A stretch of DNA of 64,000 nucleotides from Octopus sinensis (GCF_006345805.1 NC_043005.1:107198001-107262000), one strand, 5' to 3'; counted from the first letter of the stretch, positions 13,682-28,629 are shown. Notes: generated by a model from the sequence alone, not told the origin. Numbers and translations are program-made.

Positions 13682-14577
13682 GTGTGTGTGCGTGTGTGTG
13701 TGTATTTATGTATGTATGTTATTTATGTATGTATGTAGACAAAATGGAAGAGTGTGGCAAATAAAACCTCAGCTACCACACCCTTTTCAAAGGATTACAT
13801 TGAATAATACAACAAAGAAAATTAGTTTTAACAAATAAAATTTTATAAAACGTATTCTTTATCTACTTAACTATTTCTTTCATTGAAATCTTTTGGTTTC
13901 AGAGATCAGTTTCCATCAGAAATTACTTTTTTATTTATTTAACGTTTTTGCTTCCCAGTTTTTTCTTATTCAATTACACATAGCTTCCATTTGTGCTTAA
14001 TGGCTTAAGGGGCTGAAAGGGAAAATAAAAACAAAAAGCAAAAACAAGAATAATCAGAAACAAATAAAGAAAAGATTTAGAAATATAAAATTTAAAGATA
14101 TTTCTGCAGGTTCATTGAGTTTTTAAACCTTTGTTTAGAATATCTTTTCTGTTTTCTATTTTCTTTGTGAAGGATTTACCAGACACTTTTTAAACTACTC
14201 CATATCTTGATATGTTTGGTAAAGTGAGATGAGCACTTAAGTGGCTTTGTGTTGGATGATCCCCATTTCTGCAATCTTCTCTTACAGTATACATACGTAT
14301 GTATATAAATGCCAGTCAGTGCGTATGTATGTGAGTGTGAGTGTTTAAAAGTGTGTCTGGGTTTTTTCCAGTACATATCTATGAGTTTGAGTATACATGT
14401 ATTAATATAAATATGCATGATATATATATATATATATATATATATAAACATACATACAGGCATATATATGTACTTATATACATACATATATGTATATAGG
14501 TATGTATATATTTATATATATATATGTATATATGTATACATACATATATATATATATATACATATAATATATATATG

Positions 14578-14628
<51 letters not shown>

Positions 14629-14822
14629 TCCCACTTCTCATTATCCTCTTCTATTGTCCTGTATTCTCAAGCCGTTCCTCTAACACACCCATTTCGGCAC
14701 TTTTATTTTGAAAATCTTATACTCTTCCAACAGCTGTATTATTCGTCTGTTTTCCTTTTTGTATATATCCCTCTGTAGGTATTATGTATATCTATATATG
14801 TATATACGTATGCATTGATATA

Positions 14823-14866
<44 letters not shown>

Positions 14867-16267
14867 TATATATATACATACTGATATACAGAAGAGAAAG
14901 AGTTTGTCATAGTTATATATAAGCTTGTTCATTCTATTTTGTATGATGACCTGCGTTGAGCTTAATAAGACTACAATTTGAAAACCTTGAAACTTACGTT
15001 TATTTAATTACGCCATGTTTGGATCATGTTTCTGTTGTGACAAGTAGCTCTTATAATCATGAAAGCGTTAATTATTCATAAATGTAATTTGTTCACCCGC
15101 GGATTTCAGCTTCGAATCTGCCAATTAATATAAGCAGGGTTTACCTTTCAAAAACCGTTGAACGTGTTTTACCACACTCACCCGAATCCGTTAACACACC
15201 CACTTAATCCTTCGGTGTATTGAACCACCTAAGACACAAGGAGCAACTGAGACATATTTAACAAGCTGAAAACAACGAATTACGACATCTGGGTGTTTTC
15301 AATGAACAACAATGAATATTTTTAACGTAGGTGATGGACCGAAATTTTGTGACTCACACTAGTTAAGGACTAGTGTAAAGGCTCACAGGATGTCTTTTAT
15401 ATACATTTCTTCTCTTTACTAGTACTTTATTCTACCTAGTTGGATTCCCTTTAGAAATATTTGGATTCAGATGTTAAATGCCTATAATATCATTCCCAGG
15501 TTAATTTTTCTGTCCCTCTATCGATTCTAATATGTGCAGGTCTCCAAATTAATAGTACAAATTGTGACAATCAACTTAGGACGCTTCTACTAAAAAAAAA
15601 AAAAAAAGAAAAAATTTGTATATAAGGGTTAGTATCAGAAAGAGTACTGGCCCTTAAATATTCATAAAAATAGTGTGGCGAAAAATCTGCTGAAAGATTA
15701 CATTCAAATGTATCAATTCTGAAGCCATCCGTTGTCCATATGTAAAATGCAGCAAAATGTCTGCCAGTGCTTCTGTGAGATATTTGAAATCGTTCGAAAG
15801 TTTAGAGCCAAACACACAGAAGTGAAGCGAGCTTCAAAAATTTGGCGTAGCCTTTTATTTGCAGAAGTGAAGGTAAATGTGAAGTTTCATGTTTGGTGGA
15901 CAACGAATGAACATGTAGGATCTGTGGCGTTAGACTTGGATCGAATGGATAACCAGAGATATAGTCAATGATTCTACCATAGATTCACGTCGATCAAAAC
16001 TTTGTGAATGGGATTTTATAAACACAAATTTTGTGGGACGTTATATGAGTGATCAACTAATATTACGTATAGATAGACAATTGTCATCTGTTTTGACATC
16101 TCACTCGGTTTAAAATATATAATTGTGAATGTGCACTTGCAATAACACATATACAAACAAAACCACAAGCACGCAAACCCACAGACATACAGACACTCTC
16201 TCTCCCTCCCTGTCTCTCCATGTCTGCCTGTCTATCTATCAAACACACACATGTATATTAACGTTTA

Positions 16268-16515
16268 TCTTTTACTTCTTTCTGTCATTAGACTGAGGCC
16301 ATGTTGCTCACCGTCTTGTGGTGGGGGTTCTTTAGTTCAAAGAATAAATCCTGATACTTATTTTGAACCCTGGTATCGATTTTATCGAAACGCTATGTTA
16401 CGAGGAGCTAAACTCACAGTTACCGCTGTTAACGGCGGTGATGGAGCAACTACTGACACAAAGACACATACACATAGATATGTACGGATAGACACAGACA
16501 CACAGACACACACAG
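16268..16515 (-). mobile_element. Decayed 3' part of the CORE-type SINE family seen at 56431
   Basis: TCTTTTACTTCTTTCTGTCATTAGACTGAGGCCATGTTG is the diverged reverse complement of the 56431-56841 tail. Confidence 0.55.
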
Positions 16516-17167
16516 GTTCTTGCATATAAACTGAGACCAATTTTAAGCAGTTGGCTTAGTGGGTTTAACATAAAACCATAAAAGAAAAATTTAATCGGCA
16601 CTTAGGGTGTTGAATAACATCTGTATTGCTACACATAAGAGTTAAATATATATACTAACAGAGGGTTCTAGCTGAACCATCCAAGCAATGGAGACAGACA
16701 TAGATGAAAAGTCTGAAATTAACAGACAAAATAAGCCTACTCCATTGGTTTTCAGCTTTGCTCATTGGTGGTTATCTTCCCTATCAATGTATATAAATAT
16801 ACGCTTATGCAGCTTTAAGGGTTTTAACTCTAATTTCTAGCAGTCACAATTAGTGACGATTAAAGTTTTCTTTTATGGTTTTAGGCTTCGTGTAACTGCT
16901 TACTTTAATATTTAGTGCACACATAAGCATTTCCCTCAATCAGTCATAAATCTTTATGGTAACTTCATCTACTGACACAGGATTTATCATAACCGTCTCA
17001 GCAATGGGGATAGGCACTGTTGAGGAGTTGCAATTAACAGACGAAACTAGATTACTCCAACGGTTTTCAGCTTTACTCCCCTATCATTATATATACATGT
17101 GCGTTCATGCACTTTCAAGCATTTTAAAACAGTACAGGTTCTGTTCAGCACCCTCATTCACAATTAT

Positions 17168-17168
17168 G

Positions 17169-17223
<55 letters not shown>

Positions 17224-17545
17224 TATATATATATTATATATATATATATATATGCATGTGTGTATATATGTTGTATGTGTGTAAATATATATGTATGTAT
17301 ATATTCGTACGCATATTTATATCTGACATTTGTATGTTCTCTTCTACGTCATTATAAGCACCCGTAGAAGTATACACACACACATTCACACACTTATACA
17401 CACATACTCATATGCAGAAATGATAAGTGTTGAATGTGTTTGAAACAATACCCACTGGTCTCTTACAATCTGAATTCCTCACCAAACATACACATATATG
17501 CATTTGTCCATCTTTCTCTCTTTTTCTTTCTCATTTCTCCTTTCT

Positions 17546-17580
<35 letters not shown>

Positions 17581-17583
17581 TAT

Positions 17584-17639
<56 letters not shown>

Positions 17640-17849
17640 ATATATATACACACATATATAATGATGATGATGATGATAATAATAATAATAATAATAGTAA
17701 CAACAATAATAATAACAATAATAATAATAATAATAATAATAACAATAATAAAAGTCTGGGTGTGTTGTGTGCCTGTATGTAATATTTTTTCATTTATTAT
17801 ACATAATGTATGTGTATATATATATATATCTATATATATAATATATATA

Positions 17850-17909
<60 letters not shown>

Positions 17910-18018
17910 GTACTCAGGTAGTTGAATTCGTGTAAGTAAACATATTTATGGATGGTTTATACAAGTAAAAACATATTTTATATGCCAAGTTTGCTATTAC
18001 AGTTAAAAAGTCTCGGTT

Positions 18019-18052
<34 letters not shown>

Positions 18053-18078
18053 TGTATGTATGTATCTATCTGTCTGTA

Positions 18079-18123
<45 letters not shown>

Positions 18124-18366
18124 GTCTATCTATCTATTTATCGATCTATCTATCTATGAATTCATGTATGTATGTATGCATATTTGTATGTACGCATATG
18201 CATACATACACATACAAATACACATGCAGACACACACACATACACACACTCACACACACATACACACACATACATATATAAAAAAACGAGACGCACTCAT
18301 TATAACAATACACGTGTAGTCATATAAAATTTTTTACTTGTATAAAACATCCATGAACATATTCAC

Positions 18367-18409
<43 letters not shown>

Positions 18410-18459
18410 TATATGTATATACATATATATACATATGTATATGTGTGAATATATATATA

Positions 18460-18503
<44 letters not shown>

Positions 18504-18929
18504 TTCACGCAAGCACCTTCTGAAACACACATCTCCGAGCGCACGCAGACACACACATACAGACACATGTACTTGCAGAGAGAGAGGAGAAGACAGGAAA
18601 AGTAGATAAATATGTGAATGCGAGTGTGATAGTTGACATTGTAAGTGACCAGTGTCTAATGTTTATAAGAAATGGTCCCTGATAGACAGAGATGGAGTCT
18701 TTGATGTAAAGATTTAAATTGAAAATTGAATTTCTATATGGTTTGTTTGTGAGACATTTTTATGTCCATTGCATCGTTTACTTTCACTTTATAATTTGAA
18801 AGAGTTACACATAAAAACAGGCACGTATATGCGTATACATACCATATTTACACAAACACACACACACACAACCACACACATATATATGTATATATAGATT
18901 GATAGATACATACATACATACATATACTT

Positions 18930-18999
<70 letters not shown>

Positions 19000-19027
19000 G
19001 GGTAGATAGATAATACATACATACAGG

Positions 19028-19061
<34 letters not shown>

Positions 19062-19120
19062 AGTATATATATATATATATATATACATACATATTATATA
19101 TATATTATATATATATATAT

Positions 19121-19165
<45 letters not shown>
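17168..19165. repeat. Dense microsatellite field: (TA)n, (AAT)n, (TATC)n, (CA)n
   Basis: Visible runs separated by short unique spacers; source of many YIYI/NNN/LSIY ORFs. Confidence 0.9.
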
Positions 19166-19168
<3 letters not shown>

Positions 19169-19962
19169 TGTACTTATGTATGTATAATCGTAAGTATCCG
19201 CATAGGTTCATACACACATACGCGCACGTATATATATTTGTGTGACTATTCATAACCCTGTCTCTCTCTCTCTCTAACACACACACACTCATATACGCAC
19301 ATATATTTTTATGAGTGTGTTTGCATATATGTGTGCTTGAGTTTTTATGTATATATATATGTGTGTATACTTTATCTATTACGTTGTTTAGTTTCCAATT
19401 AATTTCTTGATTGTTTTCACGTTGATCTTATTCATCTTGTTTGTTTTTAATTTCACCTGGGCTATTTATTTCTATTTTCATGAAAATCATCTAAATATTA
19501 CATAGATATATTGATTTCTTAACTCACCAAATTTTTATAGTGTAAAGTTGTCTTTATCTTTGTTTGGTTTAACAAAATATTTGTGAAGGATATTACTTTT
19601 GCTGCTGTAGCTTTTGTTGTTGTTTAACACCAGGTCACCTCTTAGGGAGCAGAATTATGCTTGTATGACGTTTAATCACGTCAAACCCTTGTTTTTGCAT
19701 ATCAAGTGTATCTTGTCTCTTGAGTATTTTAGTCTTTCTTAATTTAAGACAATTGTGTGTGTGCTTGTATAATTTGATATAAGTTTTTAGAAAGAAGAAT
19801 GAACACAAAGAAAATCTTTTGTAGGCTCAAGAACATTGCAGTTGTTACATTTGATGAAATATTCTATACTTAAAGTAGGTAATAGGGTTATCGACTTGAG
19901 TCTGAGGAAATGGTACTCTACAATGCCGCCTACGTATATATTGTGTAAAAGTTTGATCAAAA

Positions 19963-20140
19963 TCGATCACGGCAGAATTGAACGCAGAGCGTGAAGACTG
20001 ACGGAATGCTTCGAAGAATTTTGTCCGGCGTACTAACGATTCTTATTTCTCTATTGCCCACAAGGGGTTAAACATAGAAGGGACAAACAAGGACAGACAA
20101 AGGGATTAAGTCGATTACATCGACCCCAGTGCGTAACTGT
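19963..20140 (-). mobile_element. Nin-type SINE fragment (tail-to-head junction)
   Basis: Matches the 33014-33245 family; the tail is followed by a head segment. Confidence 0.75.
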
Positions 20141-20399
20141 GGTTGATCATGTTTACATAAAATCGGTATCGATTGTGTAAAAGTTTGATCAAAAGTGCTT
20201 CAGCCAAGACCCCAGCCGATATTATTTCTGCTCACCAGTTAAGCATTATCGGTGTTCTTGTTTTGTTTAGTTTTATATAAACAAGTGAAACTTATCTGTG
20301 AACAGTTCCCATCTGAAAAAGTTATCATAAATGCCTGACTTTCATTGACTGGTCTTCTCATAGCTTGAAGACTGGTGCATTCATTACAACCCTCGAGAA

Positions 20400-20620
20400 A
20401 GCAGGAGTGGAGTCGCTTTCCGAATGCATTTGGAGCTGTTTGCCTTTATCCGATGGTCGGAAAAGCACACTATGCAGCTAAAAGACAGTAAATTCGAATT
20501 ATGCACTTCGGTAAAGTGGCTTCACTTAAGCTACCATACACTCTTCCCTCGAGCGAAAACCTCATGGTATCAAACACCGCTTGGGATCTCGGAGTAACTG
20601 TCGACAACAACTTAAACTGC
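20400..20620 (+). mobile_element. CR1/Jockey-group LINE RT C-terminal fragment
   Basis: IRWSEKHTMQLKDSKFE/MHFGK..YTLPS..DLGVTVDNNLN resembles CR1-type 'W...n.M.fN..K...mhfG...kDLGV.vd..L'. Confidence 0.6.
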
Positions 20621-20644
20621 TATTTCCGAACAAACAACAAAGTG

Positions 20645-20717
20645 GGAATCTGGGAATCGAAACAGCGATCCTACGACCGCGTGTCCGCTGCCCTAACCAC
20701 TGGCCATTGCGCCTCCA
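20645..20717 (-). mobile_element. Isolated tRNA-derived SINE head (7312 family)
   Basis: Minus strand GGAGGCGCAATGGCCAGTGGTTAGGGCAGCGGAC..GTTTCGATTCCCAG parallels the 7312 head. Confidence 0.65.
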
Positions 20718-21602
20718 CATACACACACACACACACACAAACACACTTTAGCCTTGCAGTTTTAACTAGGAAGCCAGGTTATTCGTATCAGTGCTGTATA
20801 CATACATTCTCTCTATGCATAAAGTTGTTATTTGCCTACAGTTTCAAGTGTGTGTATGCGTATTTGCATTCATTATTGGATTTCTTTACAGGTGTATAGA
20901 TACACTGAGATATCTGAACGTTTTAACCATTAAATCAACATTTATGTTGATAAAAATATCGTATACTAATGCACGTAATAACTAATTTGACACTGCTTAT
21001 CACTCACTTCCATTACGTCATCAATATATGCACAATCTGAAGTGTCCACCTCAATATATCACATACAACTGTACGATACTGTTATTCCTTATACCCAGTC
21101 AGGGTACTATCCGATCCAATCATTATAGACCGATCCCGTCACGACCAACATGATCTCTTGAATCAAGCTGTACTATTTAAGTGATCAATGACACATCTAG
21201 AAACAGCGACCAAATCTGCTTCCAATTACGCTTTATAGTCTGAAATAAGAAATATATATTTTGGAAATTGTTGTACTTTCTTAGAAATGCAAATTCATAT
21301 TTTTGAATCAAGGATGTGCAGGATGAGAATGCTAGTACGAACTATAGAACAACAATAACAACAACAACAATAACAGCAGCAACAGCAATAGCAGCCGTTC
21401 ATGAATTTGAACCTGGAGATCTCCATTTCCAGCGACTTCGAGGGCCACCTCCCAGTGGTGTCAACGAAGAGCCATCGACTACAACAAGACGACCAAAGTT
21501 TTTTTTCCAAGGTCTGGGGTCTCCAGCCCCTAAGCCCTAGACCATCACCTAATCACCCTTACCCGAATTGTTGCTTAACAACAACAGCAGCAACAACAAC
21601 CA

Positions 21603-22175
21603 TTACGACGACGGAATGCTTCGAAGTATTTTGTCCGGCGTACTAACTATTCTTATTTCTTTATTGCCCACAATGGGCTAAACATAGAGGGGACAAACAA
21701 GGACAGACAAAGGGATTAAGTCGATTACATCGACCTCAGTGCGTAACTACAACTTAATTTATCGACCCCTAAAGGATGAAAAGCATTACTACACACAAGG
21801 GGCTAAACACAGAGGGGACAAACAAGGACAGACAAACGGATTAAGTCGATTACATCGACCCCAGTGCGTAACTGGAACTTAAGTTATCGACCCCGAAAGG
21901 ATGAATGGCAAAGTCGACCTCGGCGAATTTGAACCCAAAACGTAACAGCAGAGGAAATACCTATTTCTTTACTGCCCACAAGGGGCTAAACACAGAGAGG
22001 TCAAACGGATTAAATCGATTACATCGATCCCAGTGCGTAACTGGAACTTAATTTATCGACCCCAAAAGGATGAAAGGCAAAGTCGATCTCGGCGGAATTT
22101 GAACTCAGAACGTAACGGCAGACGAAATACGGCTACGCATTTCGCCCGGCGTGCTAACGTTTCTGCCACCTTAAG
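21603..22175 (-). mobile_element. Tandem array of Nin-domain tRNA-SINE units
   Basis: Three copies of the tail (GGGGCTAAACA..GGATTAAGTCGATTACATCGAC) and of the Nin-like core (minus: GCCTTTCATCCTTTCGGGGTCGATAAATTAAG); full head only at 22170. Confidence 0.85.
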
Positions 22176-23629
22176 GCAAGCCAATAATAATACCAACAAT
22201 ACTCCAAACATCCATTTACACTTAGCTAACTGCATACTATTTGTCAATCAATAATGTCACCGACACGTATCGCTGCTACATTCTTTTCTAAATATTCAAC
22301 TACCTTAAACAAACTCTGCATTATATGTCAGTCCCTGCCACAACCCTTACACAGAAACAACCATATGCTTACACTTCTATATCCCTGAGATAAATAAAAA
22401 ACAATGAATAAAATAAAACTCTCGGTTATTTCTTTTATTCGTTCTACTCTACCTCAACCAACGTTAGAGCATGTACCATAATTACTATGACATACCATAA
22501 ACAGACTTAACCGATTTTAAACAACCAAACACGCTGTAGGTTTTTCGGCGACATTTTCAATCTCAGGATATGTTTAACATGCTCTGAATTCGAAAAGTAG
22601 ACGCGAACGAGTGGCATTGTTAAAATAAACCATGCCTTTGATGGCTTTTGAAAGCTTAAGTTTGGCAAATAACTGTTAGCTTCCCCACACAGGAAGCAAA
22701 TTAATATCATCTTTGTTATATCCATTTCGAAAAACTGCGCGAGAATATGGTCCCTCGACCAAATATACGCATTTCTAGTCATTTGTAGCAATTAGTTTCT
22801 CTAACTGATATTTATCTTGCTATACATTAAAGGCCTTCAAAGAAATCGACCGTTATAATATCATTGATGTTAATCGAGGAAAGCGTATGTACGAGAGTGT
22901 CTGTGTGTGCATTGTGTGAGAGTTTGCGTGTGCGAGTGTTACTGATGGGTGACAATGTGTATATGCGTGCGTGTCAGATTTAAAGTCGGTGTCCGAATCA
23001 CTCTGAGCTTGTGTGTATGTAATTATATGCTTGTGTATGTGTTTGTAAATATGTTTATTCATGTGTAGTGTGACATTTCACATTGTTCTTGTAAATATGT
23101 AAGCATGGAAGTTAGCGTAACTCTATCTACGTACGCTTGCGCATAAAATGCATAAATATGTACATCTCTGCATCTATGTGTATAGGTGTGTATGTGTGTG
23201 TATATGTGAATGCTTGATGTGTTGGATGTGCTGTAATTTTTTTTTTTACTTCCAAGGTGCACTTGACCAAACCAAAAACCAATAAGTCACCATGACAACC
23301 AAACGGTCCTTCAGTTATTTTCAAAAGTAGATCATAAATTCACATATTACAAGGAAAACCATTGAGCTTCAGTAATGTGGACAGACTACAGTCGTAAAAT
23401 GGACGTTCACGTATGTTTAAAATCTTGGAGTGGGTTATTGGACGCTGAAGAAATTGAGAACTTGTAAACATTTGTTCTCCCGACATATATTTTCTTTTGC
23501 TACTTGTTTTTCTTTTTTTTTGTAGTGTTCAATTTCTTCATAAATCCTACAGGAATTTATTGTCTGACAATTTTTTCTCTAAAATATCGCTTTATTATGA
23601 AAAAGGATACATATAATTGTAATGTAATG

Positions 23630-24066
23630 TAAAGACAGACGAAATATCGCTAAGCATTTCGCCCGACCTGCTAATGTTTCTTATTTCTTTATTACCCCCA
23701 AGGGGCTAAACATGGAAGGAACAAACAAGGACAGACAAAGGGATTAAGTCGATTACATCAACCACAGTGCGTAATTGGTACTTAATTTATCGACCTCGAA
23801 AGGATGGACGGCAAAGTCGACCTTGGCGGAAAGTGAACTCAGAACGTAGCAGCAGACGAAATACCGCTAGGCATTTCGTTCGGCGTGCTAACGTTTCTGC
23901 TGGCTAGCCGCCTTAATGTGTATTATATATTCTTTTCTACTCTAGGCACAAGGCACGAAATCTTGGGGGAGGGGCCCAGTCGATTAGATCGACCCCAGTA
24001 CACAACTTATACTTATTTTATCGACCTCGAAAGGATGAAAGGCGAAGTCGACCTCGGTGGAACCTG
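23630..24066 (-). mobile_element. Nin-domain SINE cluster (full unit, extra head, variant-tail copy)
   Basis: Same head and core as 33014-33245; the 23930-24066 copy has the alternative tail (CTAGGCACAAGG..GGGGGAGGGG). Confidence 0.8.
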
Positions 24067-25927
24067 AACAAGAAGACTGACCAAGGCTTACACAACTCTC
24101 CGAACATGAAGTCTGACTTAGGCTTACACAACTGTCCGAACGATTGCAATCTTTTAAGATCGCATTTGCTCAATTTCAATTATTTAGTTATATTTTGCCC
24201 TAAACGGGAGCTCCGAATGTTTGTTACTGAACTTAGCATTGTACTCACTGTGTAAACTATACAATTTCATATGTCAGGTCTAGGCCGATTCTATACAAGT
24301 CACAAGGAAATCTTCAATGGGTAACCACATACTCTAATGCTACTAGCTCATTCTCTTTGAGACGTCAGCTCCTAAAGTGTTCCTTTTGGAACTTGTCCAG
24401 AGAAAGGGGTGAGTGGATAAACAATAGGGCAAATAATCAACAATAAATAAAACTCTTCATAGTTGATTGAGGTCCTTAACAGCTATGGTAGTAATATTAT
24501 GAAAAGGAGATGAATGCTATAAGGATCACTAAGTCCCTTTCTAATACTTGAATGGAAATTACAGCAATATTTAATCCGTTGCTGGGTCGGGGATACCAGC
24601 AAAACTCGTTTGCTAAAACTTGAAAACGTCGCCAAGAGTGTCACGTGCTGTATTAGTAGGAACGCGGACATTTGGTTTACTAATTACTTTGGTAATTGCT
24701 AAGATTTATATTACTATCGTGGATGGTTTTTCTGATCTCACTATTTAGTAAGTTATCATTGTTGTTAGTTATATTTAGCCTCGTGTTTTATTCAGGAATT
24801 CATTCGTGTTTATATAATGGAAAATGGGGAGACAAAATTTTTGTCAGATCAGGTGAAACGTATGCAAACGCCATTGTACGGATAAGTAACAAACGTGTCT
24901 TTTATTCTTTTGTTTGTTTCAGGCATTGAGCTGGGGCCATGCTCGGACAAAATCTTGCTTGTTAGAATCGATTTCAACATATTTTAAGATAATAGAACGT
25001 ATACAAAACAACAGTAGTTATTAAGTTTTGGGAAACAAACAAAAATACAAACAACTCGCGCAAAGCATGTGTATGTGTGTTTTTCTGTGTATATATACAT
25101 TTATGCATGTATGTATATATGTATGTATATCTACATACATATAAATGCGAAAACCAATTTCAGTGTCTCAGTGTGTCACACTTTGAATCCCCTCTCTCGC
25201 TATTTAATGACACTTTTACTGTTGACAATGTTTTATTAAAAGTAGTAGTGTTGATGGTAGTAGTGGGAGTAATAATAAGAGACAGAGAAAGTATGGGTAT
25301 GTGAGAGAAAGAGGGACTGAACACTAAATTCATTTTCTTAATACCACCACCATCGCCACCACATTGACCATGCACACACCATTCAGACTTCTGACGTCAC
25401 CACCATCAATACCTTTGACATCGCTGCATTTCCCTCCACGACCATGACCATTGTCTTTCACATCACTTAGTCTCACTCTCATCGCTGACCGCCTCGGCTA
25501 CCACCACCACTATCATCACCGCCACCTTCGCCTCTATCAACACTACAGCCCATATTATTACTATCATCCCATTACCATCATAAAAAAAGCTGAATGGTGT
25601 ATGTAGGGCAGATGTGGTGGCGATGGTGATGGTACTCTTGCTTATCCTGCAGCTTTGCAATAAGTTCCAAGTCGACAAAATTATATTGTTTCGATGAAAA
25701 TCGTTCATTGCTTGAAAAATATTGGCCAAGTTTAATAAAATTTTATATTTACTAAATGCACGAAGTGTCATTGTTGGGCCCAAGGCCCGATGAAGAGCCC
25801 TCCACAGGAGCTAGCCTAAGATCCACCCTATCAGGTCGCTTTTAAGCTAGTGTATATATATATGTGTGTGTATGTGTGTATATATATATTATATATATAT
25901 ATCTTACATACGCAAACGCATACACAG

Positions 25928-25966
<39 letters not shown>

Positions 25967-28209
25967 CGTTTATAATGTTAAAGAAGCTAAAAGTGAAAAG
26001 AAATACCCATCAACTGGATTAGTCGACTATTATGATAATCCCTGTATTACATTCCTTCTTTACCTCTTCTGTCTCCTATTCCACGTCGCCCTCTGATTTC
26101 CTATCATCGTTGCCAACATCATCGTCATCAACATCATTATCATCATCATTAAGAATATCTAAATTTCTTGTGATGATGCTAATAAAGATGACGTCGTTGA
26201 AGTTAATTACTGCTGTGGTCGGCATGGTTTGCTCCACGGGATAATATACAATATATTGAAAAATAAAAACAGAATATTATAGAGAGACAAAGCTAAAGAA
26301 AGAGAGAGAGAATATAAGTGAATGTATCATATGTAAATAGAGAAAGGGTGAGGGGGAAATATGGGAGAAAACATATTCCAGAAAGGTATAAGACATTAAG
26401 TAAGGATACAACAAAGAGATTTCATCAACTGCAAGAGATGACTATAAGAACAACACGAATATTAAAGACAGAGTCGGCAAGGATAAAACAAACGTTGGTG
26501 ACAACAAAAGAAACGATATTTTGAAGGATGAGAATCAATGAAACAAAATATCCATGTTGTCTTTCACTGAAGTCAGTTTTGCTAGAAGCACCTGAGTAAG
26601 ATAATATACCTGAGATTACTGGACGCTAATAAGAGAAATTAAGCTTCGTTAATCAACCTAAGCCGTAACCACAAACATAAACATAAGCATTCATGTCCAG
26701 GAACATCCTTACGTATACACACATATATATGCTTGTGTATAATTTTTATATAAATACATGCGTACACATATATATGTACTTAAAGATAGTGCATATGCAT
26801 CATTATGAACAAACATATACATATATTTATAAGCATATACTTATGCATACATAAATGTATACAGCACACTGCACTAACAACGGAGAATAACACCCATACA
26901 AAATATTCTCATATAAGAAATTACGATGTGAAGCATAACCTAGAACGTAATCATTGCCAACACTCACCACGGTATTAACAAAGAGCAGGAAATCTTAGCA
27001 TTTGCTCCTCTGGGTATTATAATGTATTTCGTAAACGAAAGATCCTGGAAAGTGAAAGATGTCACCCATCTTATGCGTTATCGATTTAAATAATCATAAA
27101 CTAGATTAGACCATGTAACATGTACTCACCTATAATGTTTAGATGGTCACGGTTGGAATGTGTTGCTTATAGTTTGCTAGTGTTGAGTCGAACCGGTGTT
27201 AAACACCAACATGCTGGCTACTGGATTATCAATAAGCTAAAAACAATACCGACCACATTATACAAATCACAAATTGACACATTAAAAAATATGATCAGAT
27301 GGACTCTGATGTATCTAATTTGATTCGTTATCTTTTCTGTCAATAATGACCGGGAGCTAAAGAGCACTAACATCTGTACTATACGTATATATTCATAATT
27401 ATCGGTGGTACACTTTCACATACATACAACACTCACTTAAACAGCTGTTAAGTGAATGTTCCTATTACAATAACACACAAATTCCAACCAGGGATTGATA
27501 AACACAATGTTACACGTTGCAGTTGTACTGAAACCCAAATGTACGAGTAAATTTCTTCAATTATGCTACAAATTATGAAAGCCTGTGTGTAACTCAAAAT
27601 CAAACACTGCATAATTGTAGTGTATAGCGTTGCCACACATAACAGCCATAAAAAATTAATCACACACACACATACATATATGCGATAGAAAATATATGTA
27701 TGTGTATGTATATTTCTGCACGTTTGTGTCTGTGTATGTTCGTGTGTGTATACATAAACAAACCATAATGTGAGTGACGTAAACACATACACAGTACTAG
27801 ATTGTACCACATCAAACCATTGCAGTACACAAATTCTATATGACAATTCTGTAAAAAGAAACTTGTGAGGCATATAACAGATAATACCGCAATACGGACT
27901 GAAGGAGACATGGTGTTGAAGCTGATGTTATTGATGTTGATGTGTGTCTCATCATCAAAGACATCACCACAACCCATCAAAAATATACTAAAAATACATA
28001 ATATACTAATGAAAAAATTAATTTTCTTTTTTCCGTTGCATGGAAGTATAACGAAAGAATCAGAATATCAGATTAGTGAGATATCAAAAAAAGATGAAAA
28101 CAAATAAAAATATAGCAAAGAAGCAAATAACGAGATCAGCTAAGGAAGAGGACAATCACTAACTGATTGATACTGAAAATATAACAAGGAAGAAATGAAC
28201 AAATAAAGA

Positions 28210-28350
<141 letters not shown>

Positions 28351-28629
28351 GTAATGTTAATGATAGCCATAGCAAGGCCAACAACGATAAAGGCTAAAGA
28401 GAGAAAAAATGGCTTAGTTGGAAGATGTAGAATCAAAATTAAGGAGTAAAAATATACCAACATAAATGAACGGCAAAACTGGCGAGTTAGAGATGTTGGT
28501 AGCAGAGGCCGTCTTGCCCATGTCTCTTGTAATTTCATTCTGAGTAGTGGTATTTATTAATGGTTTGGATGAATCCTGCTATTAGTCTCAACCTCATTAC
28601 TAACAAATTACTTACATGTGCCATTATTA

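Noticed and set aside
24075-24142. Two ~37-bp direct repeats (AGGCTTACACAACT.TCCGAAC) as a CRISPR-like array; similar pair at 5765-5830
   Set aside because: Only two adjacent units in eukaryotic DNA; simple local duplication.
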